IMG/VR virus record: IMGVR_UViG_3300027693_000008
Location: 1 to 45,511 of that record
Source of the DNA: a virus
Taxonomy: Duplodnaviria > Caudoviricetes
Length of the DNA stretch: 45,511 bases
Strand: one strand, 5' to 3'
This document shows, in pieces, positions 32,101 to 39,271 of the stretch. Position 1 is the first letter of the stretch; each line of letters begins with the position of its first letter. A program made the translations under genes and the position numbers. The notes below the pieces were generated by a model that was given only the letters and a program-made list of their open reading frames with translations, made no database searches and had not been told where the DNA came from.

Positions 32101-32504
32101 GAGAAGTCCAGGCTGACATAGCTCGATCCCGCTAGGTTTTCGACAAAGAACGTCGGCTCGACAACGCTGTTGAAATACGCAAAGTCGGCATCTGCACTAA
32201 CGATACCGAAGACAGGAACATCAACGGCCCCGCCAGTGGGCAGATCGACAATCAGGCAGTTTGCGTTAGCGTCTGCCGTAGTCCACTCGATAGAAACCGG
32301 CTTCCCGGTTCCGCCAAACGAAAGATCGATGTCGTCAGGAATCGTGAACGATCCCGTCGAGTCAATCAACGTTACTTCCGACCCAGACTCACCGAATCCC
32401 AGGGCCTCAGTGACGGAAAGCGCCGTGAAGTGCGTCCATTCAGTCGCTGACACCGGGAGCGCGAGTAGGGCCAACGCCAAAACGAGGAAAAGAATCCTCT
32501 TCAT
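29199..32504 (-). CDS. large acidic Ala/Thr/Gly-rich repeat protein with signal peptide (putative head fibre or surface protein)
   Basis: MKRILFLVLALALLALPVSA signal; three roughly 125-aa internal repeats; directly follows the capsid gene. Confidence 0.7.
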   Translation of the reverse strand: MKRILFLVLALALLALPVSATEWTHFTALSVTEALGFGESGSEVTLIDSTGSFTIPDDIDLSFGGTGKPVSIEWTTADANANCLIVDLPTGGAVDVPVFGIVSADADFAYFNSVVEPTFFVENLAGSSYVSLDFSGTTAARLVAGGSATSLTVVTPAGGDIVLDAGDAAAGTSQTYVSITGSVPAHASGTPTDIFLDITPTLGINTATATANLIDLTFTSPAWATGAATSTLRGIYLAPTVGAATNGTNTIALVDVAAITGDAQVSLYGLRFGAMTGTGATENAIEIGAGWDIGLNSASSIDVQASVILANDEAIANASDGVVTITSDDATGAQVTIVGADHNTTSDAVILLDADAGGDAADSWFIKSVANGNNFSLTNDSTELLTLTTAGALQIDSDITIDGGDIQNTTAGSGIDIQPTMAASGSNSVVLSMTATQATHAAGTPTDIFLDFNPTFGINTVNTTVNLADLTFTTPAWATGGATSTIRGLYFAPTIGNASAGTNTVALFDVAAITGDDSVAIYGMRLGAMTAGAGVEYGISIGTGWDRAIDLASPFVSSSTLSAEDLASTDDADVNDTMTVGDLVIDEAVGTLAFTAATSATISTGTAGVGLVVDALDAAAGSNMTYASITGSVPVHASGTPTSIFFDISPTVAIPTVTNTVNLVDLTFTTPIYATGGATSTYRGIYFAPTIGAATNGTNALALIDVAAITGDDTVSTYGVRAGAMTGTAAVEDFISIGAGWDHAIDAASPVKADTFIVDDGSEDVIVDSDNQTATLPTINIPDFVDVTADFLVTNTFTTTLPFAGGLRGEDTDGAGTNGGGLVGGAPDITTHTYTNATDDVFVLVYDVGTTTWDALATSALLTAGADWAANYQLLPDADAEEAGDAFAVGFATKFCEVVFDDLATAAGALATWGGDGAKWQYSTGAGTWSDLTVFDNTDLTAYDGLRSLQRTGAITFVPPADWVTATYDGQAAYWVKYVITAAQLTQTPLIDGTNHDEPFIAIPNADTFSAPFKLEITKVRVTNMHATVHDQAIVFIVGNFTDMVFSAAQTWTASQLNDKFTLGTAIAADPGDLIGICVTNDTGSTNNPIWAVEFEVTYED

Positions 32505-32522
32505 CTTATCTCCTTCAGAGAT

Positions 32523-32545
32523 GGGGGCGGGCGCATCCCGCCCCC
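32523..32545 (-). terminator. hairpin after major capsid gene
   Basis: GGGGGCGGG-n5-CCCGCCCCC. Confidence 0.55.
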
Positions 32546-32562
32546 TGTGTCAGCCTTACTTA

Positions 32563-33672
32563 TCAGGTAGAGCCGAGAATCCAAGCGCGAGGATCGAGGA
32601 CCGCGCCACCAAAGATCGTTCGGATCTTCGTGCGCACCTCGTCAAACGCAAACCCGTGCCCGGTATTGGCGGGCTCATAGAAGAGTTCCGGCGTGGCGTT
32701 CCCGCCCCACAGGCCCACTTCCATCGTGTTCGCGCCCTGGCCCGGATCGGCCATCAGATACCAGTGCGTCGCCGTAATGTACGGCGAGACCATGATCTGA
32801 AGCTCGGGAAGGACGTTGACATCGTTGTCCGCCTTCCCGGGCCAGTTCGGCGTATAGAGCATTCGCTTCGCCGTCAACAGGTCCGAAGGATGTACAATCA
32901 GATACTTCGGAATGTACATCGCGGGCATGTAGTTCGCATCCGTGAACGTCGAAGACGAGTCAAGCTGGGTCTGCTGGAGCATGGTAGTAACAGCCGTCTC
33001 CAGGTTCGTGTAGTTCAGGCCCGTAGTCGTCATCGTGTTTGCGAACGTTCCAGCCGTGCTCCCAACCGTCCCGAAGATGGCATTCGAGCCATCGTAGCTC
33101 GTCGGGTTGGCGTCAAGGCAGGTGTAGAAGAAGAAGTAGTCGAGAGTGCGGTTCGTGGCCTGACCGAGCTTGCGGACATCATCATCAAACATCCCAAGAT
33201 CGTCATAGGTCGAAGCCTCAAACGAATACCCGTACATTCCGCCGTACTTCTTCGGCGTCCAGCTAATTTGATCGTCGCTGTACTGGAGTTCTTTGTAGCT
33301 TTCCTTTGCCTTGACTTCAGGCAGGCGGTTGAACCCAGAATGGATGATTGAGTAGCGAGTGCGGAAGTCGTTGATCGAAGTCGTCTTTGAGACCAGATTC
33401 GGCCACTGAGGCTCGTACTCTTTGTATCCAGCGAGCATCTGCTTGTGCATTCGGTCAAGGGTGAGAGAGTCGAACGCATCAGCGCCGACGGCCTCACGAA
33501 TGGCCTGGAGGCTGGCATGAGCAAGAAGTCCCGGCTTCCTCTTCAGGTTCTTCAGCGTCTCGCGAGCTTCCTCCGTCAAACGGATGGACTTATCGGGGAC
33601 GTACTTTGCCATCCCCTTCTCGCCAGAGTGCTGATCGTCTTCAGCAATGAGAATCGTTTTGTTTTCAGCCAT
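32563..33672 (-). CDS. major capsid protein (HK97 fold, Mu gpT-like)
   Basis: DFR...LPEV..Y.E, KKYG....S.E...DDLG, PKYLIV.P, WYL.AD motifs; start MAENK after GGGG RBS. Confidence 0.9.
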   Translation of the reverse strand: MAENKTILIAEDDQHSGEKGMAKYVPDKSIRLTEEARETLKNLKRKPGLLAHASLQAIREAVGADAFDSLTLDRMHKQMLAGYKEYEPQWPNLVSKTTSINDFRTRYSIIHSGFNRLPEVKAKESYKELQYSDDQISWTPKKYGGMYGYSFEASTYDDLGMFDDDVRKLGQATNRTLDYFFFYTCLDANPTSYDGSNAIFGTVGSTAGTFANTMTTTGLNYTNLETAVTTMLQQTQLDSSSTFTDANYMPAMYIPKYLIVHPSDLLTAKRMLYTPNWPGKADNDVNVLPELQIMVSPYITATHWYLMADPGQGANTMEVGLWGGNATPELFYEPANTGHGFAFDEVRTKIRTIFGGAVLDPRAWILGST

Positions 33673-33683
33673 GGCTATGCCCC

Positions 33684-34103
33684 CTAGCTCCGAGCGGAGA
33701 TGTCCATCTCTGCCACAGACCAAAGCAGGAACTGGACCCATCCGTCAGACGCCGGATCAGCTTCAACTACAATACCAATCGGCTTGTCGCCGCTCGTTCC
33801 GGCATCAACCGTCAACGCGCTGGCAAGGTAAATCTTGTCAAACAGCGCCGCGTTGTAGGAGGTAGCCGCATCAATCTCGAACAGGCCCGCCGTCAAGACA
33901 GTAATCGTCTCGCCAGCCGCCGCGTCCGAACCAGCAACGCCAATAACGCCAGTCGTGCAGCTATCAGCACCCTCAATGAGGACGCCGCTAGAGTCGCAAA
34001 CAATGTCGCCTTCCTCCAGCGCCGTGCTGCCGTTTACGAACTTGACGTGATGGCCCCAATCGTCAATAACGCGGACATTCCGTGCGCGCGCTCCGACGGC
34101 CAT
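33684..34103 (-). CDS. head decoration/capsid cement protein (DUF2190-like)
   Basis: GD.V, GVA..DAAAGE...V...G.F motif; located between protease and capsid genes. Confidence 0.7.
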   Translation of the reverse strand: MAVGARARNVRVIDDWGHHVKFVNGSTALEEGDIVCDSSGVLIEGADSCTTGVIGVAGSDAAAGETITVLTAGLFEIDAATSYNAALFDKIYLASALTVDAGTSGDKPIGIVVEADPASDGWVQFLLWSVAEMDISARS

Positions 34104-34105
34104 GA

Positions 34106-35389
34106 CTACTCACCATCCTTGCCGAGAGTGCTAACCAGGAGTTCCCAGTCGCTCTCGGAGGCGTTGTCAGCCTCTTCCTTGACACCTTCAACCTTGACCG
34201 GCTCCGCAAGTGAGGCCGCAAGGTCCGTGTATTCCTTCAAGAGCGCATCGACAGCAGCGTCCTCGGCAATCGCGTCGGTAAACTGCTTCCGCACAAGGTT
34301 CTTGAAACTCTCATGCAGCTTCGATCCACTCAGCTTCTTCTCAAGCAAGCCCTGGCTCTCTAGAGCGGCGATCTTGTGTCGAGCAGCGTCTCGCTCCTTG
34401 ACCGCCTTTCCGAGTTCGTCCTGGGCCTCTTTGATGTCGATCTTCATCTTCTCCATGTCCCCTTGCTCCTGAATTTCAGAGGTTACGGCTGTCCGAACCT
34501 CATCAGCGTGCTCCTTCAGGAGGGCGGGATATGCAGTTTTGAGATCCTTGAGATTCGCGATCTCCATAACCTCTCCTTCGTTTTCAAGTGCTTCAAGGAC
34601 TTCACCGATGCCGCCTCGTGCGCCAGCACGAATGACGGTGTCACACGTCCAGGGCTGGTCAGTGTCCACGTCCTCCACAATGAAACCGTCCCGACCTTCC
34701 GCTGTACCACGGACGATCTTTCCCTTTCCGTTGATGGACAGGTTCACTAGATGAGGGGCATGTTTGACTAGCCTCTGAATGTGCGGATCAATGGCAGTGA
34801 ATACTCCCTTGATCGCATCGCGACCCGTTGGCCCGCCGCCTTCCACAACACGAACGTTGTGGTAGACGCCGTTATAGTCCTTAACGCTTGGATTTGTGAT
34901 GTGGCCCGTAAACGATCCCGCTCCTTCGAGCAAGGGGGCCAGTTTCTTCAGCAGAGAACAGCTATAGTAGCGATTGTTCAGCGACCAACCCGCCTCAATT
35001 AGGCAAGCAGTCGCCTTTACAACGCCATCTTCTTCGACAGTCTCCGAAAGCGATACAGGAATGGACAAGTCCTCCCGAAGCGCCTGGATGTTGTCTTCGA
35101 CCACCGGCTCGGTGGTCTCATCGGTGGTCGTAGTCATATCTCGTATCTCCATTGGGGCTTCAGAGACAACTTGAGTTTCGTTTGTCTCTTCCCCCGCAGA
35201 TTCCTTCGTCTTCTTCTCTTTCACCTTTGCCAGCGCGATACGAATCGCCTTCGGTGCGCACTCCTTGTCAGTCCCGCCGTCCTTCAAGCATGAGCGGAGC
35301 ACGCCGTTCGCAATTGCAACGGCAAGCCGCTTCTTCTCTTTCGAGAGATTCTTGAAGGCGTCGGGAACGTTTCCGATAGACCAAGGCAT
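34106..35389 (-). CDS. prohead protease-scaffold fusion with extra N-terminal helical domain
   Basis: GWSLNNRYYS, His, LSI (Ser) and D motifs; C-terminal coiled coil; MPW...P...KNL...AIAN N-terminal domain. Confidence 0.75.
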   Translation of the reverse strand: MPWSIGNVPDAFKNLSKEKKRLAVAIANGVLRSCLKDGGTDKECAPKAIRIALAKVKEKKTKESAGEETNETQVVSEAPMEIRDMTTTTDETTEPVVEDNIQALREDLSIPVSLSETVEEDGVVKATACLIEAGWSLNNRYYSCSLLKKLAPLLEGAGSFTGHITNPSVKDYNGVYHNVRVVEGGGPTGRDAIKGVFTAIDPHIQRLVKHAPHLVNLSINGKGKIVRGTAEGRDGFIVEDVDTDQPWTCDTVIRAGARGGIGEVLEALENEGEVMEIANLKDLKTAYPALLKEHADEVRTAVTSEIQEQGDMEKMKIDIKEAQDELGKAVKERDAARHKIAALESQGLLEKKLSGSKLHESFKNLVRKQFTDAIAEDAAVDALLKEYTDLAASLAEPVKVEGVKEEADNASESDWELLVSTLGKDGE

Positions 35390-35498
35390 AATTCTCTAAT
35401 GGCCCGCTAGGGATCTCTCCCTAACGGGCCTTGGGGTTTAGGCCGTGCCCCTTGGAGGGGAGTTGGGTGGTGTGGGCCTTTCGGCCCAACTAGAATCT

Positions 35499-36296
35499 TT
35501 ACAGGGAGTACGTTCCGTACTTGCCCGTTACTGGAAGGAGCAAACAGCGCCCCCGAGGGTGGCATGGCATTCCTGGCTCAGTCCCCTTGGGGTAGAATTG
35601 TCCGTGCTTCGGCTCGCACCATTTACACGGCCATTCGCCTTCTGGCTGCGTCATCCACTGATATCCAGTGATCCAGTTCGTGTTCGCAAACTGCGAGGTC
35701 ATTGCCGCATGGTAGGACCGCGACATCTCTGTCCTAATCGTTGTCTCGGCCCTCGCCATGGCCGACTTCCATGCCGTACCCTCAGTCCCGAGTCCAGCCC
35801 CGATCATCCGATTCGAGATCGACTTGACGGACTCCTTGTTCAACAGCCCGCGCACTAGCTCGCCACGGATTCGCGCCTCAATCGCCCGCGTCTGAGCGTC
35901 GGCGAATGGGATGGCATTCGACTTGAGGGCGTCGAGCATTGTCAAAGGCTCTGCGCCTAGTGCCTGCCCCATGTGTGCGGCAACACCTTCTGCCGCTTTG
36001 AGACCACTCATCCACCCTATCTCGACGGAACGGGAGAGGAGATACCGTGTACTCGATCCTAGTTCTCTCCACAGACTTGCCGCACCGGCTAGGGCAAGAG
36101 AGGCGTCCCGGATCATTGCGCTTCGGCTTAGACCGCGATACCGCGCCTCGTTCCTCGCCAACTCGTCCAGCAACTTCTCGATGTCATGGCGCGACAGTCC
36201 CAACAGACGAGACAGTTCCCGCAACTCGCGGCCACTCAATGTCTCGGCTTCGCTGTAGTTGGAAAGGATGATCTGTTGAAGGCGGGGGTTGGGCAA
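35499..36296 (-). CDS. head morphogenesis protein (MuF/SPP1 gp7 family)
   Basis: RAETTIRTE...C..C....G...P.HPRGRC signature. Confidence 0.85.
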   Translation of the reverse strand: MPNPRLQQIILSNYSEAETLSGRELRELSRLLGLSRHDIEKLLDELARNEARYRGLSRSAMIRDASLALAGAASLWRELGSSTRYLLSRSVEIGWMSGLKAAEGVAAHMGQALGAEPLTMLDALKSNAIPFADAQTRAIEARIRGELVRGLLNKESVKSISNRMIGAGLGTEGTAWKSAMARAETTIRTEMSRSYHAAMTSQFANTNWITGYQWMTQPEGEWPCKWCEPKHGQFYPKGTEPGMPCHPRGRCLLLPVTGKYGTYSL

Positions 36297-36308
36297 TTGT
36301 CACCTTGC

Positions 36309-36337
36309 TTGACAAGCGGAACGCGGTTTGATATCAT
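36309..36337 (+). promoter_or_regulatory. sigma70-type promoter with extended -10
   Basis: TTGACA-N17-TATCAT with TG upstream of -10. Confidence 0.75.
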
Positions 36338-36343
36338 GGAGGC

Positions 36344-36721
36344 ATGGAAACGACGCTTGGGCGGTTTAAGATCGGGATGCGAATGGCGATAGATCCATAC
36401 CTCATTGACGCCAGAGTCGATATCACTAAAGATATCGTCGACAGAGTTTCCATGAGCGTGCGCGGTTACGTCTGGGGAGAGGCCGCCAGCATTCAGAGTC
36501 AGCGCATTCAGTACCCAGCAAACTGGTACGAAGCATTCAAAGAACGATGGTTCCCGCCATGCATACTAAGACGGACCCCCGTAAGGTACGCTGTTGTCAA
36601 GCTTGACGTTCGTGCGATCTATCCAGAATTCCGTCCTGCTATTCCCAACGAAAGAGCGGTCTTAGTAATTGAGCGCAGTGATTGCAATCAGGTATCCGCA
36701 GGCAGGAGAGAATGTGACTAA
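36344..36721 (+). CDS. counter-oriented hypothetical phage protein
   Basis: Own promoter and GGAGG; YPANWYEAFKERWFP motif. Confidence 0.75.
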   Translation: METTLGRFKIGMRMAIDPYLIDARVDITKDIVDRVSMSVRGYVWGEAASIQSQRIQYPANWYEAFKERWFPPCILRRTPVRYAVVKLDVRAIYPEFRPAIPNERAVLVIERSDCNQVSAGRRECD

Positions 36722-36866
36722 GCCAAGCGCCGAAGAAGTATTCGAGAAGTTATCGCGGTGGTGCAAGTTCGTGTTTCGTGAGCCGATGCCATGCTGTGAG
36801 AGACTGAACATGGCGGTTTGTTGCCTGGAAATATGCCCGCTGTTTAGCGAAGATACAGAATCCTAG
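36714..36866 (+). CDS. small Cys-rich hypothetical protein
   Basis: GTG start after AGGAG, overlapping the previous stop; 6 Cys in 50 aa. Confidence 0.55.
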   Translation: MTKPSAEEVFEKLSRWCKFVFREPMPCCERLNMAVCCLEICPLFSEDTES

Positions 36867-36894
36867 CGGCCCGCCCAGATGGTCGATGGCCCTG

Positions 36895-37116
36895 TCAAGC
36901 GGTCCCGTTCTTCTTCGCCATAATGACCTTGCCGAGGTCCAATATGCCCTCGATTCCCCAGTACCCTCCAGTGATTACGAGGAGGACAGTCTGGGTTCCG
37001 TCTAGCGACAACTTCCCCGTGAAGGTCAAGATGATCGTTACGATCATCCCTATAATGTACGAGCAGAACTTCTTTTTGCCAGACAGGATCGACTTCTTCT
37101 CGTTTGTTTCAGCCAT
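36895..37116 (-). CDS. two-TM holin-like protein
   Basis: Start MAETNEK after GGAGAGG; KKF...two hydrophobic segments...Y.GIEGILD, basic tail. Confidence 0.6.
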   Translation of the reverse strand: MAETNEKKSILSGKKKFCSYIIGMIVTIILTFTGKLSLDGTQTVLLVITGGYWGIEGILDLGKVIMAKKNGTA

Positions 37117-37127
37117 ACTTGCCTCTC

Positions 37128-37442
37128 CTACTTCAGTAACAGCACAAGAAGCGACACCGCCAGACTGCTCAAGAACGCCAGGATGATTGCCACGCTCCAA
37201 GATGTCTTGCCCCTTGCCGCAAGCTCCATCCTTGCCACCAGTACGGAAATCTGCGCGTCCAGCGCCTCGCGTGTGACGAAGTGAGCCGCCTGCTCTCGTA
37301 GCTGGTCCCTGAACTCATTCATGCTCGCAAGTCGCCGCTCAAGTTCAAGTCGGGCGAGCCCAAGGGCGTCCTCGGTAGCCTCAAGACGGGACTCTAGGTA
37401 CTCCCGGAGCGTAACGTCGTAGCCGGATTTGTCGCCGCCCAC
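37128..37442 (-). CDS. coiled-coil protein with C-terminal TM helix
   Basis: RL.SMNEFR.QL...FVTRE motif; hydrophobic C-terminus. Confidence 0.65.
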   Translation of the reverse strand: MGGDKSGYDVTLREYLESRLEATEDALGLARLELERRLASMNEFRDQLREQAAHFVTREALDAQISVLVARMELAARGKTSWSVAIILAFLSSLAVSLLVLLLK

Positions 37443-37446
37443 TGCG

Positions 37447-37782
37447 TCACCTCCAGATCACACGAGATACAATACCAAGCACCGCCACAATACCGCTGAT
37501 AAGCGATGTTATCAGAGCGAGTCGCGTTTGAGCCCTTTGGGTAGCAAGGGCCTTCTCTTCCCCCCTGCGCTCCTCGTCTGATTTCATCATATTAGCCAAG
37601 TCTCCCTCAAGCGTAGTAAGACGATTTGACATGGATGGAGTGCCGTTGCCCTCGAACCATGCACGAATCAGTTTTCCGACTCCGCTTTCGATGTTCCCGA
37701 GACGGCGGTCAGTCTCCGCCCGCCGAGCTTCGCATAGGTCTTCGCTGACGAGTCTGTCCGTTACCGACACAGCCATCTCCAT
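37447..37782 (-). CDS. coiled-coil protein with C-terminal TM helix (XhlA/holin-associated-like)
   Basis: GNG.P....RL..LE motif; hydrophobic C-terminus. Confidence 0.65.
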   Translation of the reverse strand: MEMAVSVTDRLVSEDLCEARRAETDRRLGNIESGVGKLIRAWFEGNGTPSMSNRLTTLEGDLANMMKSDEERRGEEKALATQRAQTRLALITSLISGIVAVLGIVSRVIWR

Positions 37783-37787
37783 CTATC

Positions 37788-39134
37788 CTATGGGGTATTC
37801 GGTGTCTGCGCGCCAATATTCCGATTCATCAAGCCACGCTCGATGTCCTTAGTCGGATTGCGCCACTGTTGTCCGCCTGTACCGGACTGAGCCGGGTCAA
37901 TCCCGATATCCGCTCCCGCCACCGCACCCCACGGAGGCCACCTACCCTCGTCGGTAAGCCTCGTCTCCTCTTCCTCTGGGTCAAGCCCCATCTTCTCCAT
38001 CGCCGTGTTCCACGAGACAGCGCCGATGATGTACGGCTCCATCCATGCCCGCACTTCCTTCTCGGAGTCACGTGGGACAATCGGGTAGAAGACGATCTTG
38101 AACTCGCCCTCGGGCTTCACTACGCGCTTGACCAACTCTCTCAATGCGCCCTGCATCGAAAGACGGATGTCATTGAATCTCCTGATCGCCGGGGCTTCAG
38201 CAACAAGCGTCGCAGAGTAGTTGGAGTCACTGGAGTCACAGAACACCATGAAGTATGGCAATCCCGCACCAGAGGCAATCGCAAGCGCCAGCGCCCGCCC
38301 TTGGTCTCTCCAGTTCACTCTCGCGGCAGCGTGATCGACCGATCCCCACTCTTCCTTATTGCCAGTCGTAATGACTGTTCCCGGAGGAGGAAGGGCCGCA
38401 AAGTCATTGATCCGCGACGCAATCTGCTCGGTCGTCCACGGCCCCTTGCGGATGATCGGCAACGACGCCACAATCTGCGCCGATACCGACTGGGCATTCA
38501 GGAACTTTCTGTACTTGGCAAGCGGAGAGAGGATCGGCTCAAGAATCCCGTGCCCCCTCATCTGGCCGTAAGAGAAAATCTTGAGGTGGATCAGCTTGTC
38601 TGGCTTCCACGACTTCTCATAGTAGTCAGCGCGGCCATGGTACATCTTCACTTTCTCGGGGTCGCCGTCTTCCGTGTCAATATCCCCTATCTGAGTCGCT
38701 GGAAGGTGCCGAATCTGAGGCGTCGAGTACCAGTTGTCATTCTCAAACAGCCAGAAGAAGTGCTCTCCCCTAACGAGCAACAGCCGCACGGCATTCTGGA
38801 ACTTGTCGTCAAACGTGTTCTCTTCCCTGAACGACTCCCACCGCTCTTTGTCATCCTCGTTGTCGAACTTGACAGAGTAGCCGTCGCCCAGAATGTAAGA
38901 GGCATAGATTTCGACGATGTTCTTGGCAATCGGATCAAACCGATAGGCTCGATATGCCTCCTCCATTTGATCGTAGCGATCGACACTCAACTCCTCGTCT
39001 TGGCTGCCGCCCATCTTGGTCCAACCGTTTTGGAAGCGCCCGCCGACGCCCTCGTGATTAGACAGGCTATAATCCGCCTCGCGCAGGAAAGATAATCTGC
39101 GCCACGGATCAGCAACTCGATCGAGGATAGACAT
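37788..39134 (-). CDS. portal protein
   Basis: 448 aa after terminase; PIAKNIVE....ILG, RGE.F, RG...L, GLP......D.S.SNYS motifs. Confidence 0.9.
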   Translation of the reverse strand: MSILDRVADPWRRLSFLREADYSLSNHEGVGGRFQNGWTKMGGSQDEELSVDRYDQMEEAYRAYRFDPIAKNIVEIYASYILGDGYSVKFDNEDDKERWESFREENTFDDKFQNAVRLLLVRGEHFFWLFENDNWYSTPQIRHLPATQIGDIDTEDGDPEKVKMYHGRADYYEKSWKPDKLIHLKIFSYGQMRGHGILEPILSPLAKYRKFLNAQSVSAQIVASLPIIRKGPWTTEQIASRINDFAALPPPGTVITTGNKEEWGSVDHAAARVNWRDQGRALALAIASGAGLPYFMVFCDSSDSNYSATLVAEAPAIRRFNDIRLSMQGALRELVKRVVKPEGEFKIVFYPIVPRDSEKEVRAWMEPYIIGAVSWNTAMEKMGLDPEEEETRLTDEGRWPPWGAVAGADIGIDPAQSGTGGQQWRNPTKDIERGLMNRNIGAQTPNTP

Positions 39135-39142
39135 TCAGGCTC

Positions 39143-39262
39143 CTACCTTTTCTTTGTAATCGCTGCAACAAGAAAACCGATCCCACCGAGGATCGCGACG
39201 AGCATGACAACCGTGCCCGCGAGGTATACGGTTCCCATGAAGATATCGTGCAGTACGTTCAT
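39143..39262 (-). CDS. 39-aa single-TM membrane protein
   Basis: Manual translation MNVLHDIFMGTVYLAGTVVMLVAILGGIGFLVAAITKKR; GGGGG RBS; fills the terL-portal gap. Confidence 0.6.
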   Translation of the reverse strand: MNVLHDIFMGTVYLAGTVVMLVAILGGIGFLVAAITKKR

Positions 39263-39271
39263 ATTTTCCCC

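Noticed and set aside
32170-33351. 393-aa plus-strand ORF
   Set aside because: Antisense to the major capsid gene, Arg-rich, no motifs
37869-39095. 408-aa plus-strand ORF
   Set aside because: Antisense shadow of the portal gene
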